Source of the DNA: Christensenellales bacterium | GTDB lineage: Bacteria > Bacillota > Clostridia > Christensenellales > DTU072 | Direction of reading: 5' to 3' | Length of the DNA: 64,000 nucleotides | Assembly: GCA_050945855.1 (NCBI GenBank) | Contig: JBMNTS010000001.1 | Coordinates: forward strand, 21,587-85,586 | Part shown: positions 1 through 8,283 of the stretch, piece after piece | Position numbering within the stretch: position 1 is the stretch's first letter | Layout of the letters: each line of letters starts with the position of its first letter | Notes under the pieces: generated by a model | What the model was told of the DNA's origin: nothing | Database searches by the model: none | The model's input: only the letters and a program-made list of their open reading frames with translations | Made by a program: the position numbers and the translations under genes

Positions 1-64
1 CCAAGGTGTAATATTCATAGGCATATTTATTAAGCAAATCCACCAGCTCTCTCATTCTGCTCAT
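1..64 (-). CDS. ligA: NAD-dependent DNA ligase, 5' end only (runs off window)
   Basis: Manual translation from ATG at 64: MSRMRELVDLLNKYAYEYYTL..., typical LigA N-terminus; immediately downstream of pcrA (conserved pcrA-ligA order). Not in ORF track. Confidence 0.85.
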   Translation of the reverse strand, partial: MSRMRELVDLLNKYAYEYYTL

Positions 65-69
65 AAGCC

Positions 70-2262
70 TTACTCCTTATCCGCCAATTTCAGCGGCGCG
101 CTTTCCAGAGCGAATTTTTTTATCCCCAAACCGGAAAAAGCAATGGTTGCCGTCACTCCCCTGCCGCTGCCGGACACCTCAAGCACGGTACCTTTGCCAT
201 ACTTGTTATGCTCCACTATGCTGCCCGCCTTAATCTGCGCTATTTCCTCCTCGTTTTTAAGCGCGGGTTTTTCCGCCTGCTTCAAATTGACCGCCTGCGC
301 CCACAAAGGCTGGTAAGTAAAAGCGTTATCCGCTTTACCGAACCTTTCCTGAACGAAAGATACTCTCTTGTTGCCTTTGCTTTCCTCAACAAAACGGGAA
401 GGCACGCAGGTTTTTGTCTGATTGTATCTGAAACGGTTGGTGCAGCCCGAAATAAACAAGCGTTCCTTAGCGCGGGTAATCGCCACATACATTATGCGCC
501 TCTCTTCCTCAATCAAACCTTCCCTGATGCTTTGAGAGGAAGGGAAAACCTCTTCTTCACAGCCCACAATAAACACTACCTTAAATTCCAGCCCTTTTGC
601 CGAATGCATTGTGGCAATAACTACGGCGTCTTTCGCCTCATCCTCGTCCTTCTCTTCGGGAGCCAAAAAAACCGTTTCCAAAAAATCGTGCAAATCCGCG
701 TTAGCAAAACTTCGGGAAAACTCCGCCGTATGTTCCGCCAACTCCAGAATATTTTCCCAGCGCGTTTTATCCTCTTCCTTGCCGCTTTGCAGGTAATATT
801 CCTCAAAGCCCACCCTGTTGATCAGAAAAACAATATATTCGGATAGGGGCAGGCTTGCCGCCTCTTTTATGTCCTTAATCAGCAGGGCAAAATCCAGCAC
901 CCGCGCTCTTGTTTTTGCGGACAAATCCTTGTTGGATTCTATGTTTTCTATTTCATCAATCAGCCTAGTGCCCTTAGCCTGCGCCCTGTTTATCAAAGCC
1001 TGAACGGTAGCCTCGCCTATCCCGCGTCTGGGGCAGTTGATTACCCGCTCTATCGCCTGGGTGTCGTTGGGATTGACAATTATCCTCAGATAGGCGATAA
1101 CGTCCTGTACTTCCTTGCGGTCAAAAAACCTGAGTCCGCCGTATAATTTATACGGAATGGAAAAGTCGGAGAATTTTTTTTCAAATAAACGTGTAAGCGA
1201 GTTGACTCTTACTAGTATGGCAAAATCGCTGTATGAGTACCCGTAAGCCCGCTTTAGGGACACTATATTATCCATTACCCATTCCGCTTCGATATGGTCG
1301 TTGTATGCGGTGAAATATGTAACTTCCGCCCCCTCACCCTTTGCGGTAAACAGCTTTTTGTCATGCCTTTGAGTATTGTTTTTGATTACGTTGTTGGCGC
1401 AACCTAAGATAGCGCCGGTAGAGCGGTAGTTTTGTTGCAGGCGGTAAATCTTGGCGCTTTTATAAATCTCTTTAAATTGCAGGATATTGCGTATATCCGC
1501 TCCCCGCCAGCCGTATATGCTCTGGTCGTCGTCGCCTACCACAAACAGATTGCCCCAATAACCCGACAATTGTCTTACCAGCGTAAACTGTATCGCGTTG
1601 GTGTCTTGAAACTCATCCACATGGATATATCTAAACCGCTTTTGATATTTTTCCAGTACTTCGGGGCAAGTACGGAAAAGCATTTCCGTCTTAATCAGCA
1701 AATCGTCAAAATCCAAAGCGTTATTGCTTTTCAAAATTCTTTCATATTGAGTGTATACTTTATACACATCTTCCGCGTCGCCGTCCTGTTCCATCTGTGT
1801 TTTGTATTCCGCGGGAGTCAGCCCTTCGTTTTTGGCGTTGCTGATATGCCATTTGTATTTTTTCTTTTGCTCTTCGGAAATGCCGACCTCGCCCAGAATG
1901 TTTTTTATTATCCTCGCGCTGTCGCTTTCGTTATAAATGGTAAAACGGGTATCAAAGCCCAGTTTGTCTATATCCCGCCTTAATACGCTTGCGCAAAAAG
2001 AATGAAAGGTGCTTACCCACACGTCGCAATCCGCGTTGACCATGCGCATAATGCGCTCTTTCATTTCGTTGGTTGCCTTGTTTGTAAAGGTAATCGCTAA
2101 GATATTGTAAGGAGATACCTTTTTTTCGTCCGCAAGATAAGCTATCCTGTATGTCAGCACTCTGGTTTTGCCGCTACCCGCTCCCGCAAAGACCAATACC
2201 TGCCCCTCTGTATCCAGGACAGCCGCTCTTTGTTCTTCGTTTAAATGCGTCAAATCAATCAT
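70..2262 (-). CDS. pcrA: ATP-dependent DNA helicase PcrA/UvrD
   Basis: AGAGSGKT Walker A, VDEFQDTN, VGDDDQSIYGWRGA, QNYRS, TMHSAKGLEF, EEERRIMYVAITRA; C-terminal Tudor-like segment (VEHNKYGKGTV). Confidence 0.96.
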   Translation of the reverse strand: MIDLTHLNEEQRAAVLDTEGQVLVFAGAGSGKTRVLTYRIAYLADEKKVSPYNILAITFTNKATNEMKERIMRMVNADCDVWVSTFHSFCASVLRRDIDKLGFDTRFTIYNESDSARIIKNILGEVGISEEQKKKYKWHISNAKNEGLTPAEYKTQMEQDGDAEDVYKVYTQYERILKSNNALDFDDLLIKTEMLFRTCPEVLEKYQKRFRYIHVDEFQDTNAIQFTLVRQLSGYWGNLFVVGDDDQSIYGWRGADIRNILQFKEIYKSAKIYRLQQNYRSTGAILGCANNVIKNNTQRHDKKLFTAKGEGAEVTYFTAYNDHIEAEWVMDNIVSLKRAYGYSYSDFAILVRVNSLTRLFEKKFSDFSIPYKLYGGLRFFDRKEVQDVIAYLRIIVNPNDTQAIERVINCPRRGIGEATVQALINRAQAKGTRLIDEIENIESNKDLSAKTRARVLDFALLIKDIKEAASLPLSEYIVFLINRVGFEEYYLQSGKEEDKTRWENILELAEHTAEFSRSFANADLHDFLETVFLAPEEKDEDEAKDAVVIATMHSAKGLEFKVVFIVGCEEEVFPSSQSIREGLIEEERRIMYVAITRAKERLFISGCTNRFRYNQTKTCVPSRFVEESKGNKRVSFVQERFGKADNAFTYQPLWAQAVNLKQAEKPALKNEEEIAQIKAGSIVEHNKYGKGTVLEVSGSGRGVTATIAFSGLGIKKFALESAPLKLADKE

Positions 2263-2264
2263 AA

Positions 2265-3248
2265 TTATCTTTTGGTCTCTTGAAAGATGTCCACCAGGTA
2301 GATATCCTTAAACATTTTTATAGCGTAATTGTCCGTCATGCCCGCTATGTAATCAGCAACGCTGATTTCGGGCTTTTCGCCCGTTTGGGCAAGCGTGTCC
2401 GTATGCTCGATAAAGTATTCAAAAAGCAGTCTGATCAGTTTGTCCGCCTTTTTTATCTGCTGCATTTTGTTCTCGTTAAAATACACCTTTTCAAACATAA
2501 AATTCCTGAGTTCGTCCATTTTGCAAGCGTACTCTTGTGATTGCTGCACAAAAGGTTGCAGATAGCTGGTACTGATAATGTCCGCAATAAGGTTATTTAT
2601 TCTTTCCCTTTTGGTGTATCCCAGCAGCTTACAGGCGTCTTTGGGCAAATCCTTTTGCGTAATAATCCCGGCCATAACCGCATCGTCTATATCATGATTG
2701 ATATACGCGATTTTATCCGCAAGCATAACCGCTTTGCCTTCCAGAGTGCAGGGATTGCCGCTTGAGCGGTGATTGAGAATGCCGTCGCGCACCTCGTAAG
2801 TCAGATTAAGCCCTACTCCCCCGTTTTCCAGCACGTCCACTACTCGCAAGCCCTGCTCATTATGCTCAAAATGCCCCAGAATATCCTCAAGCGTCCGCTC
2901 TCCGCAATGACCGAAAGGCGTATGCCCCAAATCGTGCCCTAGCGCTATTGCCTCCGTCAAATCCTCGTTAAGCTTTAACGCGCGGCTTATCGTACGCGCC
3001 ACAAGCGATACTTCCAGCGTATGCGTCATACGGGTGACAAAATGGTCGCCGTCCGGCGAAATAAACACCTGCGTCTTATGCTTAAGGCGTCTGAAAGCCT
3101 TGCTGTGCACAATTCTGTCCCGGTCGCGCTGATAATCCGTACGCATGGGACACGCCTGCTCAGTAAGCCTTCTGCCCCTGCTTGCGGCTTCCCGCATGGC
3201 GTACGGACTCATCCACTTGTCAAGGAACTCCAAATATTCTCCCTTCAT
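2265..3248 (-). CDS. dgt: Deoxyguanosinetriphosphate triphosphohydrolase-like HD protein
   Basis: RTDYQRDRDRIVHSKAFRRLKHKTQVF, TRMTHTLEV, HDLGHTPFGH, ADKIAYINHDIDD, DYIAGMTD. Confidence 0.93.
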   Translation of the reverse strand: MKGEYLEFLDKWMSPYAMREAASRGRRLTEQACPMRTDYQRDRDRIVHSKAFRRLKHKTQVFISPDGDHFVTRMTHTLEVSLVARTISRALKLNEDLTEAIALGHDLGHTPFGHCGERTLEDILGHFEHNEQGLRVVDVLENGGVGLNLTYEVRDGILNHRSSGNPCTLEGKAVMLADKIAYINHDIDDAVMAGIITQKDLPKDACKLLGYTKRERINNLIADIISTSYLQPFVQQSQEYACKMDELRNFMFEKVYFNENKMQQIKKADKLIRLLFEYFIEHTDTLAQTGEKPEISVADYIAGMTDNYAIKMFKDIYLVDIFQETKR

Positions 3249-3262
3249 ATTTACTCCTATAA

Positions 3263-3317
3263 TATGCGCGTTTTGCGCGCATAAAATATCCGCTTATTGC
3301 GGGGGCAATAAGCGGAT
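3263..3317 (-). terminator. Two tandem inverted repeats after ppdK (probable terminator plus second hairpin)
   Basis: Perfect 13-bp stem ATCCGCTTATTGC-GGGG-GCAATAAGCGGAT (3288-3317) and 8-bp stem TATGCGCG-TTTTG-CGCGCATA (3263-3283); weak T-tract on minus strand. Confidence 0.6.
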
Positions 3318-3327
3318 TATCACTCAC

Positions 3328-5946
3328 TTATTTACTTTTTACAGCCGCGTGCGCCGCTGCCAGAATCGCAATAGGCACCCGGTAAGGGGAACAGGATACG
3401 TAATTCAATCCTATCTTGTGACAAAATTCTACCGTAAAGGGGTCGCCGCCGTGTTCGCCGCAGATACCCAGTTTTAAATTAGGACGCGTTTTCCTGCCTA
3501 ACTCCGCCGCCATCTGCATAAGTTTGCCCACGCCTTTATCGTCCACTCTCTGGAAGGGGTCAAACTCGAATATTTTCTTTTCGTAATAATCGTTAAGGAA
3601 TTTGGTTGCGTCGTCACGGCTGAATCCGTATGTCATCTGGGTAAGGTCGTTGGTGCCGAAGGAGAAGAATTCCGCTTCCTTGGCTATCTCGTCCGCGGTA
3701 AGAGCGGCGCGGGGTATCTCTATCATAGTACCTACGCAATAGTCGATTTTCACATTGACTTTAGACAAAATCTCTTCCGCCGTTTTGATTACTACGTTTT
3801 TCACATACGCCAGCTCTTTGACCTCGCCCACCAGAGGTATCATTATCTCGGGCTTGACCAATATGCCCTCTTTATGGCAGGCAATCGCAGCCTCGATAAC
3901 CGCGCGGGTCTGCATTGCCGCTATTTCGGGATATGTGATACTCAGGCGGCATCCGCGGTGTCCCAGCATGGGGTTGGCTTCGTGCAGGCCTTTAATGATG
4001 TTGGTCAATTCCGCCTCATCTATTTTCATTTGAGCGGCAAGCGCTTTGATTTCCTCGCTCTTTTGGGGCAGGAATTCGTGCAGCGGCGGGTCTAAGAACC
4101 TTATTGTCACGGGGCGATCGCCCATAATCTTATATATTTGGATAAAGTCTTCCCTTTGCATGGGCAACAACTCGTCAAGCGCCTGTTTTCTTTGCTCCTC
4201 GGTTTTGGCTACTATCATCTTCCTTACCGAAGTGATTCTGTCCGCTCCAAAGAACATGTGCTCAGTTCTGCACAGGCCGATGCCTTCCGCTCCGAATTTC
4301 ACGGCTACGGCAGCGTCTGTCGGGGTATCCGCGTTAGTGCGCACTTTAAGTGAGCGGACTTTGTTGGCCCAACCCATTATTCTGCCGAAATAACCTGCTA
4401 TTTCGGGGTCTACGGTCTTGATGGCGCCCTCGTATACCTTGCCGGTAGAACCGTCTAAGGATAAAATGTCCTGGTCGGTGTAAACCTTGCCGTTAATTGT
4501 AAGCGTCTTTTCCTTTTCGTTAATCACAAGCGCTCCGCAACCTGCCACACAGCAGCGCCCCATACCGCGCGCCACAACCGCGGCGTGGGAAGTCCTTCCG
4601 CCGCGCGCGGTAAGAATACCCTTCGCGACATGCATACCTTCGATATCTTCGGGGCTGGTCTCCAGGCGCACCAAAATCACGTCCTCGCCTGCCGCCGCTC
4701 TTTCCGTGGCTTCTTCAGCGGAAAACGCGATTTTTCCGCATGCCGCGCCCGGACTTGCAGCCAATCCCGCTGCAATGGGAACGGCCTTTTTCAAAACCGC
4801 CTTATCGAACTGCGGATGGAGCAAATCGTCCAACTGCTTGGGGTCTATCTTTAGCAGCGCTTCTTCTTCGGTAACCAAGCCTTCGTCCACAAGGTCACAG
4901 GCTATCTTTATGGCGGCATGGGCTGTCCTTTTGCCGTTCCTGGTCTGCAGCATATACAGCTTGCCTCTCTCAATGGTAAACTCCACGTCCTGCATATCCT
5001 TGAAAAACGCTTCCAGCTTGTTGGTGATATCTATAAACTGATTGTAAACGTCAATATTGGTTTCCTTAAGATGGTCGATGGTAAAGGGTGTGCGAATGCC
5101 TGCCACAACGTCCTCGCCCTGCGCGTTCATTAGATATTCGCCGTATAAGACTTTTTCGCCCGTGGCGGGGTCGCGGGTAAACGCCACGCCCGTACCGGAG
5201 GTGTCGCCCATATTGCCGAATACCATTGCCTGCACGTTTACCGCCGTACCCCATGAGGAAGGGATATCGTTCATTCTGCGGTAAACTATAGCGCGCGGGT
5301 TATTCCATGATTTGAAAACCGCTTCGCAAGCGCCGATTAACTGTACTTTGGGATCCTGAGGAAAATCCTCGCCCATTTCCTTTTTGTAATATGCCTTAAA
5401 TCTGTCCACAAGCTCTTTTAAATCGTCGGCGGTAAGCTCGGTATCCAATTTGACGCCCTTCTTTTCCTTGACTTCGTCTATGATGGTTTCAAAGAAAGAC
5501 TTGCCCAGCCCGGTCACTACGTCCGAATACATCTGTATAAATCTTCTGTAGCAGTCATACGCAAAACGGGGATTGTCCGTAAGTTTGGCAAGACCTTGCA
5601 CCGATTGGTCGTTGAGTCCCAAATTGAGAATGGTGTCCATCATGCCCGGCATGGATGCCCTGGAGCCGCTTCTTACCGAAACCAAAAACGGGTCGGCGGG
5701 GTCTCCCAGCTTCTTGCCCTGTTCCTTTTCCACTATTTCCAATGTCGCAAATATCTGATGCAAAATATCGTCGTTAATCTTTTCGCCGTCGTTATAATAC
5801 TGCGTGCACGCCTCCGTGGTAATAGTAAAACCCGGAGGTACCGGCAATCCAAGCTGGGTCATTTGAGCAAGGTTCGCGCCCTTGCCGCCAAAAAGCTCTC
5901 TGTTGCCACCGTCCGCCTCGCTGAATTTGTAAACAAATTTTGTCAT
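3328..5946 (-). CDS. ppdK: Pyruvate, phosphate dikinase
   Basis: GGKGANLA, VSVRSG, SMPGMMDTILNLG, GGRTSHAAVVARG (phospho-His), GLCRTEHMF, FSFGTNDLTQM, GICGEHGGDP; 872 aa. Confidence 0.98.
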   Translation of the reverse strand: MTKFVYKFSEADGGNRELFGGKGANLAQMTQLGLPVPPGFTITTEACTQYYNDGEKINDDILHQIFATLEIVEKEQGKKLGDPADPFLVSVRSGSRASMPGMMDTILNLGLNDQSVQGLAKLTDNPRFAYDCYRRFIQMYSDVVTGLGKSFFETIIDEVKEKKGVKLDTELTADDLKELVDRFKAYYKKEMGEDFPQDPKVQLIGACEAVFKSWNNPRAIVYRRMNDIPSSWGTAVNVQAMVFGNMGDTSGTGVAFTRDPATGEKVLYGEYLMNAQGEDVVAGIRTPFTIDHLKETNIDVYNQFIDITNKLEAFFKDMQDVEFTIERGKLYMLQTRNGKRTAHAAIKIACDLVDEGLVTEEEALLKIDPKQLDDLLHPQFDKAVLKKAVPIAAGLAASPGAACGKIAFSAEEATERAAAGEDVILVRLETSPEDIEGMHVAKGILTARGGRTSHAAVVARGMGRCCVAGCGALVINEKEKTLTINGKVYTDQDILSLDGSTGKVYEGAIKTVDPEIAGYFGRIMGWANKVRSLKVRTNADTPTDAAVAVKFGAEGIGLCRTEHMFFGADRITSVRKMIVAKTEEQRKQALDELLPMQREDFIQIYKIMGDRPVTIRFLDPPLHEFLPQKSEEIKALAAQMKIDEAELTNIIKGLHEANPMLGHRGCRLSITYPEIAAMQTRAVIEAAIACHKEGILVKPEIMIPLVGEVKELAYVKNVVIKTAEEILSKVNVKIDYCVGTMIEIPRAALTADEIAKEAEFFSFGTNDLTQMTYGFSRDDATKFLNDYYEKKIFEFDPFQRVDDKGVGKLMQMAAELGRKTRPNLKLGICGEHGGDPFTVEFCHKIGLNYVSCSPYRVPIAILAAAHAAVKSK

Positions 5947-5979
5947 ATATCTCTCCTTTTAAAAAATTTACCGCTGTTA

Positions 5980-6008
5980 ATTATACAATATTTGCCAATT
6001 ATTTTCAA
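5980..6008 (-). promoter_or_regulatory. sigmaA-type promoter of ppdK
   Basis: TTGAAA-17 bp-TATAAT on minus strand, followed by AAAAGGAGAG RBS. Confidence 0.7.
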
Positions 6009-6070
6009 GCATATTACGCTTAAAGTGAACTATTGGGCGTTTTATGTAGTAATCGGAAATTCAATACTGA

Positions 6071-6697
6071 CTAATTCTTAATAACAGAATGAAGCACGGG
6101 GAAGGAAAGGGCGGAAAAATGATTCAAAACGCGTATGAGGATGCCTAGAACGCCGTTGATTTTGCTCTCGTCCTCATCCAGGCTCTCTACCGCTTCCATC
6201 GGCATACAGTCTAACGATGAGATAAAGTCCAGCGTCTGCTCCTTGATGTTATACCCTGCGCAATCCGCTCCCAGCGTGTTAAGGATTCCCGCTAAAAACC
6301 ATGCCAGATACGCCAAAGGGTAGGCGGGCGCGTAACAGATTCCTTTTAAGGCGTTTAACGCTCTTACCAGTTCCGCCGCCGCAGGTTCCTGCTCGGGACA
6401 GATTTTTTCCAGCACCTCAAGGATGGCAAAAGCCGCTTTCGCTCTGCCCGCGTCCTCCCAGATATTAAAAAAATTGTCGTAAACCTGGCATCCCGTAAGA
6501 ATATTGCCTTTGGAAAGTATTATGTATTCGCCGAAACACAGCGGGCTTGCCGCAAGCTTGAGTTTCGCGTTTTGCGCTCTTACTCCCCGGGCAAGGCAGG
6601 TAAATTTGCCGTTTTGCGCGCTGATTAAAGTCAGTAATTTGTCTTTTTCCTTGTAGTCAACGGCTTTAAGGCATAACGCATCCGCCTTAAAATACAT
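6071..6697 (-). CDS. recO: DNA repair protein RecO
   Basis: N-terminal OB pattern DYKEKDKLLTLIS..GKFTCLARGVR; position downstream of era/yqzL. Confidence 0.88.
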   Translation of the reverse strand: MYFKADALCLKAVDYKEKDKLLTLISAQNGKFTCLARGVRAQNAKLKLAASPLCFGEYIILSKGNILTGCQVYDNFFNIWEDAGRAKAAFAILEVLEKICPEQEPAAAELVRALNALKGICYAPAYPLAYLAWFLAGILNTLGADCAGYNIKEQTLDFISSLDCMPMEAVESLDEDESKINGVLGILIRVLNHFSALSFPVLHSVIKN

Positions 6698-6700
6698 ATT

Positions 6701-6814
6701 TTATTTGTCTTCCTCCATATCTTTAAGAGCGTTATATAACATGTAATACCCTACTTTTCCGCTCTTTTCAAATAACTCGTAACACTTTTCGCTTAACTTT
6801 TCGCCTTCTCTCAT
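6701..6814 (-). CDS. YqzL-like small protein (37 aa)
   Basis: Manual translation MREGEKLSEKCYELFEKSGKVGYYMLYNALKDMEEDK; AAAAGGAG RBS; FEKSG..GYYMLY pattern and era-x-recO position fit the YqzL family. Below ORF-track cutoff. Confidence 0.75.
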   Translation of the reverse strand: MREGEKLSEKCYELFEKSGKVGYYMLYNALKDMEEDK

Positions 6815-6864
6815 AACAACTCCTTTTGAATTTATTATGTTCAAAAAGCGATGCTTTTATCCCG

Positions 6865-8283
6865 CTAGATATCCTTGGGGTTATAACCTAAAAGGTTAAG
6901 CGCGGCAGCGTTGTCCCGCCAGTCCCTTTTGACTTTTACCCAAAGGCTTAAAAAAACTTTCATTCCCGCGAGATTTTCCAAATCCTGCCTGGCGTAAGTG
7001 GATATTTTTTTGATCATTGAGCCGTCTTTCCCCAGAATTATAGGTTTGTGCTGCTCCTTTTCCACAAATATTTCCCCTTCAATATCCACAATTTCCTTAT
7101 CCTGTCTATACTCGAATTTTGTTATGACTATCCCTACGCCATGCGGGATTTCCTCATCCAACAGGCGCAACGCCTTTTCCCTTATTATCTCCGCCGCGAT
7201 AAACCTTTTGCTTTTATCCGTATACATATCCCTGTCAAAATACATGCGGTCTTCTTTAAGCAGCTTTAATATTTCCTCAATCAGCAAATCGGTGTTTTTG
7301 CCGGTAAGCGCGCTCAGGGGCACGACGGAAACGTAACCTTTAATATCGTTGATTGCGGTAAGGATTTCCCCCGCCCGCTCTTTTGCGATCCTGTCAATCT
7401 TGTTGAGCGCGATTATTACCTGATGTCCCTGCCGGATATAATTTTCGATATTGGTTTTATCCAAAGCGGATAATCCCTTTTCGCCGTCCACCATATACAC
7501 CAAAGCGTCCGTGTCCTGAGAGGCTGAGCGCGCCGCACCCGCCATATATTCGCCCAGCTTGTTTTTGGGAGTCAGAAGCCCGGGTGTATCAATAAAGACC
7601 ATCTGATAATTATCCGTAGTCAGTATCCCCATTATTCTGTTGCGCGTGGTCTGCGGCTTGTAGCTTACAATGGAAACTTTTTCGCCTACCAGAGAATTGA
7701 CCAATGTGGATTTGCCCGAATTGGGTCTGCCTATAAGCGCGATAAAACCGCTCTTAAACTTTTGGTTGCCGGTCGACTTGCTTTTGTGGGCAAGCTCCTC
7801 CGCCCGCGCGTCCGTTACCTCTCTGCTAAGCCCGATACCGTTCAAAATTTCTTCCGTCATATTCTCCATTTCCGCCTGTTCGTTGTCGTTGACGTGGTCA
7901 AAACCCAGCAAATGCAGTGTGCCGTGGCAAGTTAAAAAAGCCAGTTCCCGGCTTACGGAGTGCCCGTATTTTTCCGCCTGCTCACGCGCCACCTGTTCGC
8001 ATATTGCGATTTCGCCCAGTATTACGCAACCGTTTTCCGGATTGACGCACTCTTTATAGTCGGCGGCGGAAAAGGGAAGCTTAACATCGGCCGCGGGGAA
8101 GGAAAGCACGTCCGTTTCTTTATTTATTCCCCTGGCGCGGGAATTTAATTGTCTGATTTCCTCTTTATCCAAAAAAACAATTTCGATTTCAACGGTATGG
8201 ATATCAATATTGAATTTGGCAAGCGCTGCCGACGCCGCCAGGGCAATTATATTTTCATATTCAGTGTCGAAAATTTTAAGCAT
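6865..8283 (-). CDS. ybeY-era: Fused rRNA maturation endoribonuclease YbeY + GTPase Era
   Basis: One frame with YbeY motifs (TDVLSFP, LGEIAIC, HGTLHLLGFDH) then Era motifs (GRPNSGKST, PQTTR, DTPG, NKID, EEIPH, KH domain ILGKDG). Likely start ATG 8283 (MLKIF), overlapping the upstream stop; ORF track starts at 8310. Confidence 0.93.
   Translation of the reverse strand: MLKIFDTEYENIIALAASAALAKFNIDIHTVEIEIVFLDKEEIRQLNSRARGINKETDVLSFPAADVKLPFSAADYKECVNPENGCVILGEIAICEQVAREQAEKYGHSVSRELAFLTCHGTLHLLGFDHVNDNEQAEMENMTEEILNGIGLSREVTDARAEELAHKSKSTGNQKFKSGFIALIGRPNSGKSTLVNSLVGEKVSIVSYKPQTTRNRIMGILTTDNYQMVFIDTPGLLTPKNKLGEYMAGAARSASQDTDALVYMVDGEKGLSALDKTNIENYIRQGHQVIIALNKIDRIAKERAGEILTAINDIKGYVSVVPLSALTGKNTDLLIEEILKLLKEDRMYFDRDMYTDKSKRFIAAEIIREKALRLLDEEIPHGVGIVITKFEYRQDKEIVDIEGEIFVEKEQHKPIILGKDGSMIKKISTYARQDLENLAGMKVFLSLWVKVKRDWRDNAAALNLLGYNPKDI

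Noticed and set aside
208..1983. 212-aa and 183-aa plus-strand ORFs
   Set aside because: Antisense to pcrA.
70..3248. dGTPase + UvrD helicase as an anti-phage defence pair
   Set aside because: Both look like ordinary housekeeping orthologs (short Firmicute dGTPase; pcrA followed by ligA) with no defence-island context.
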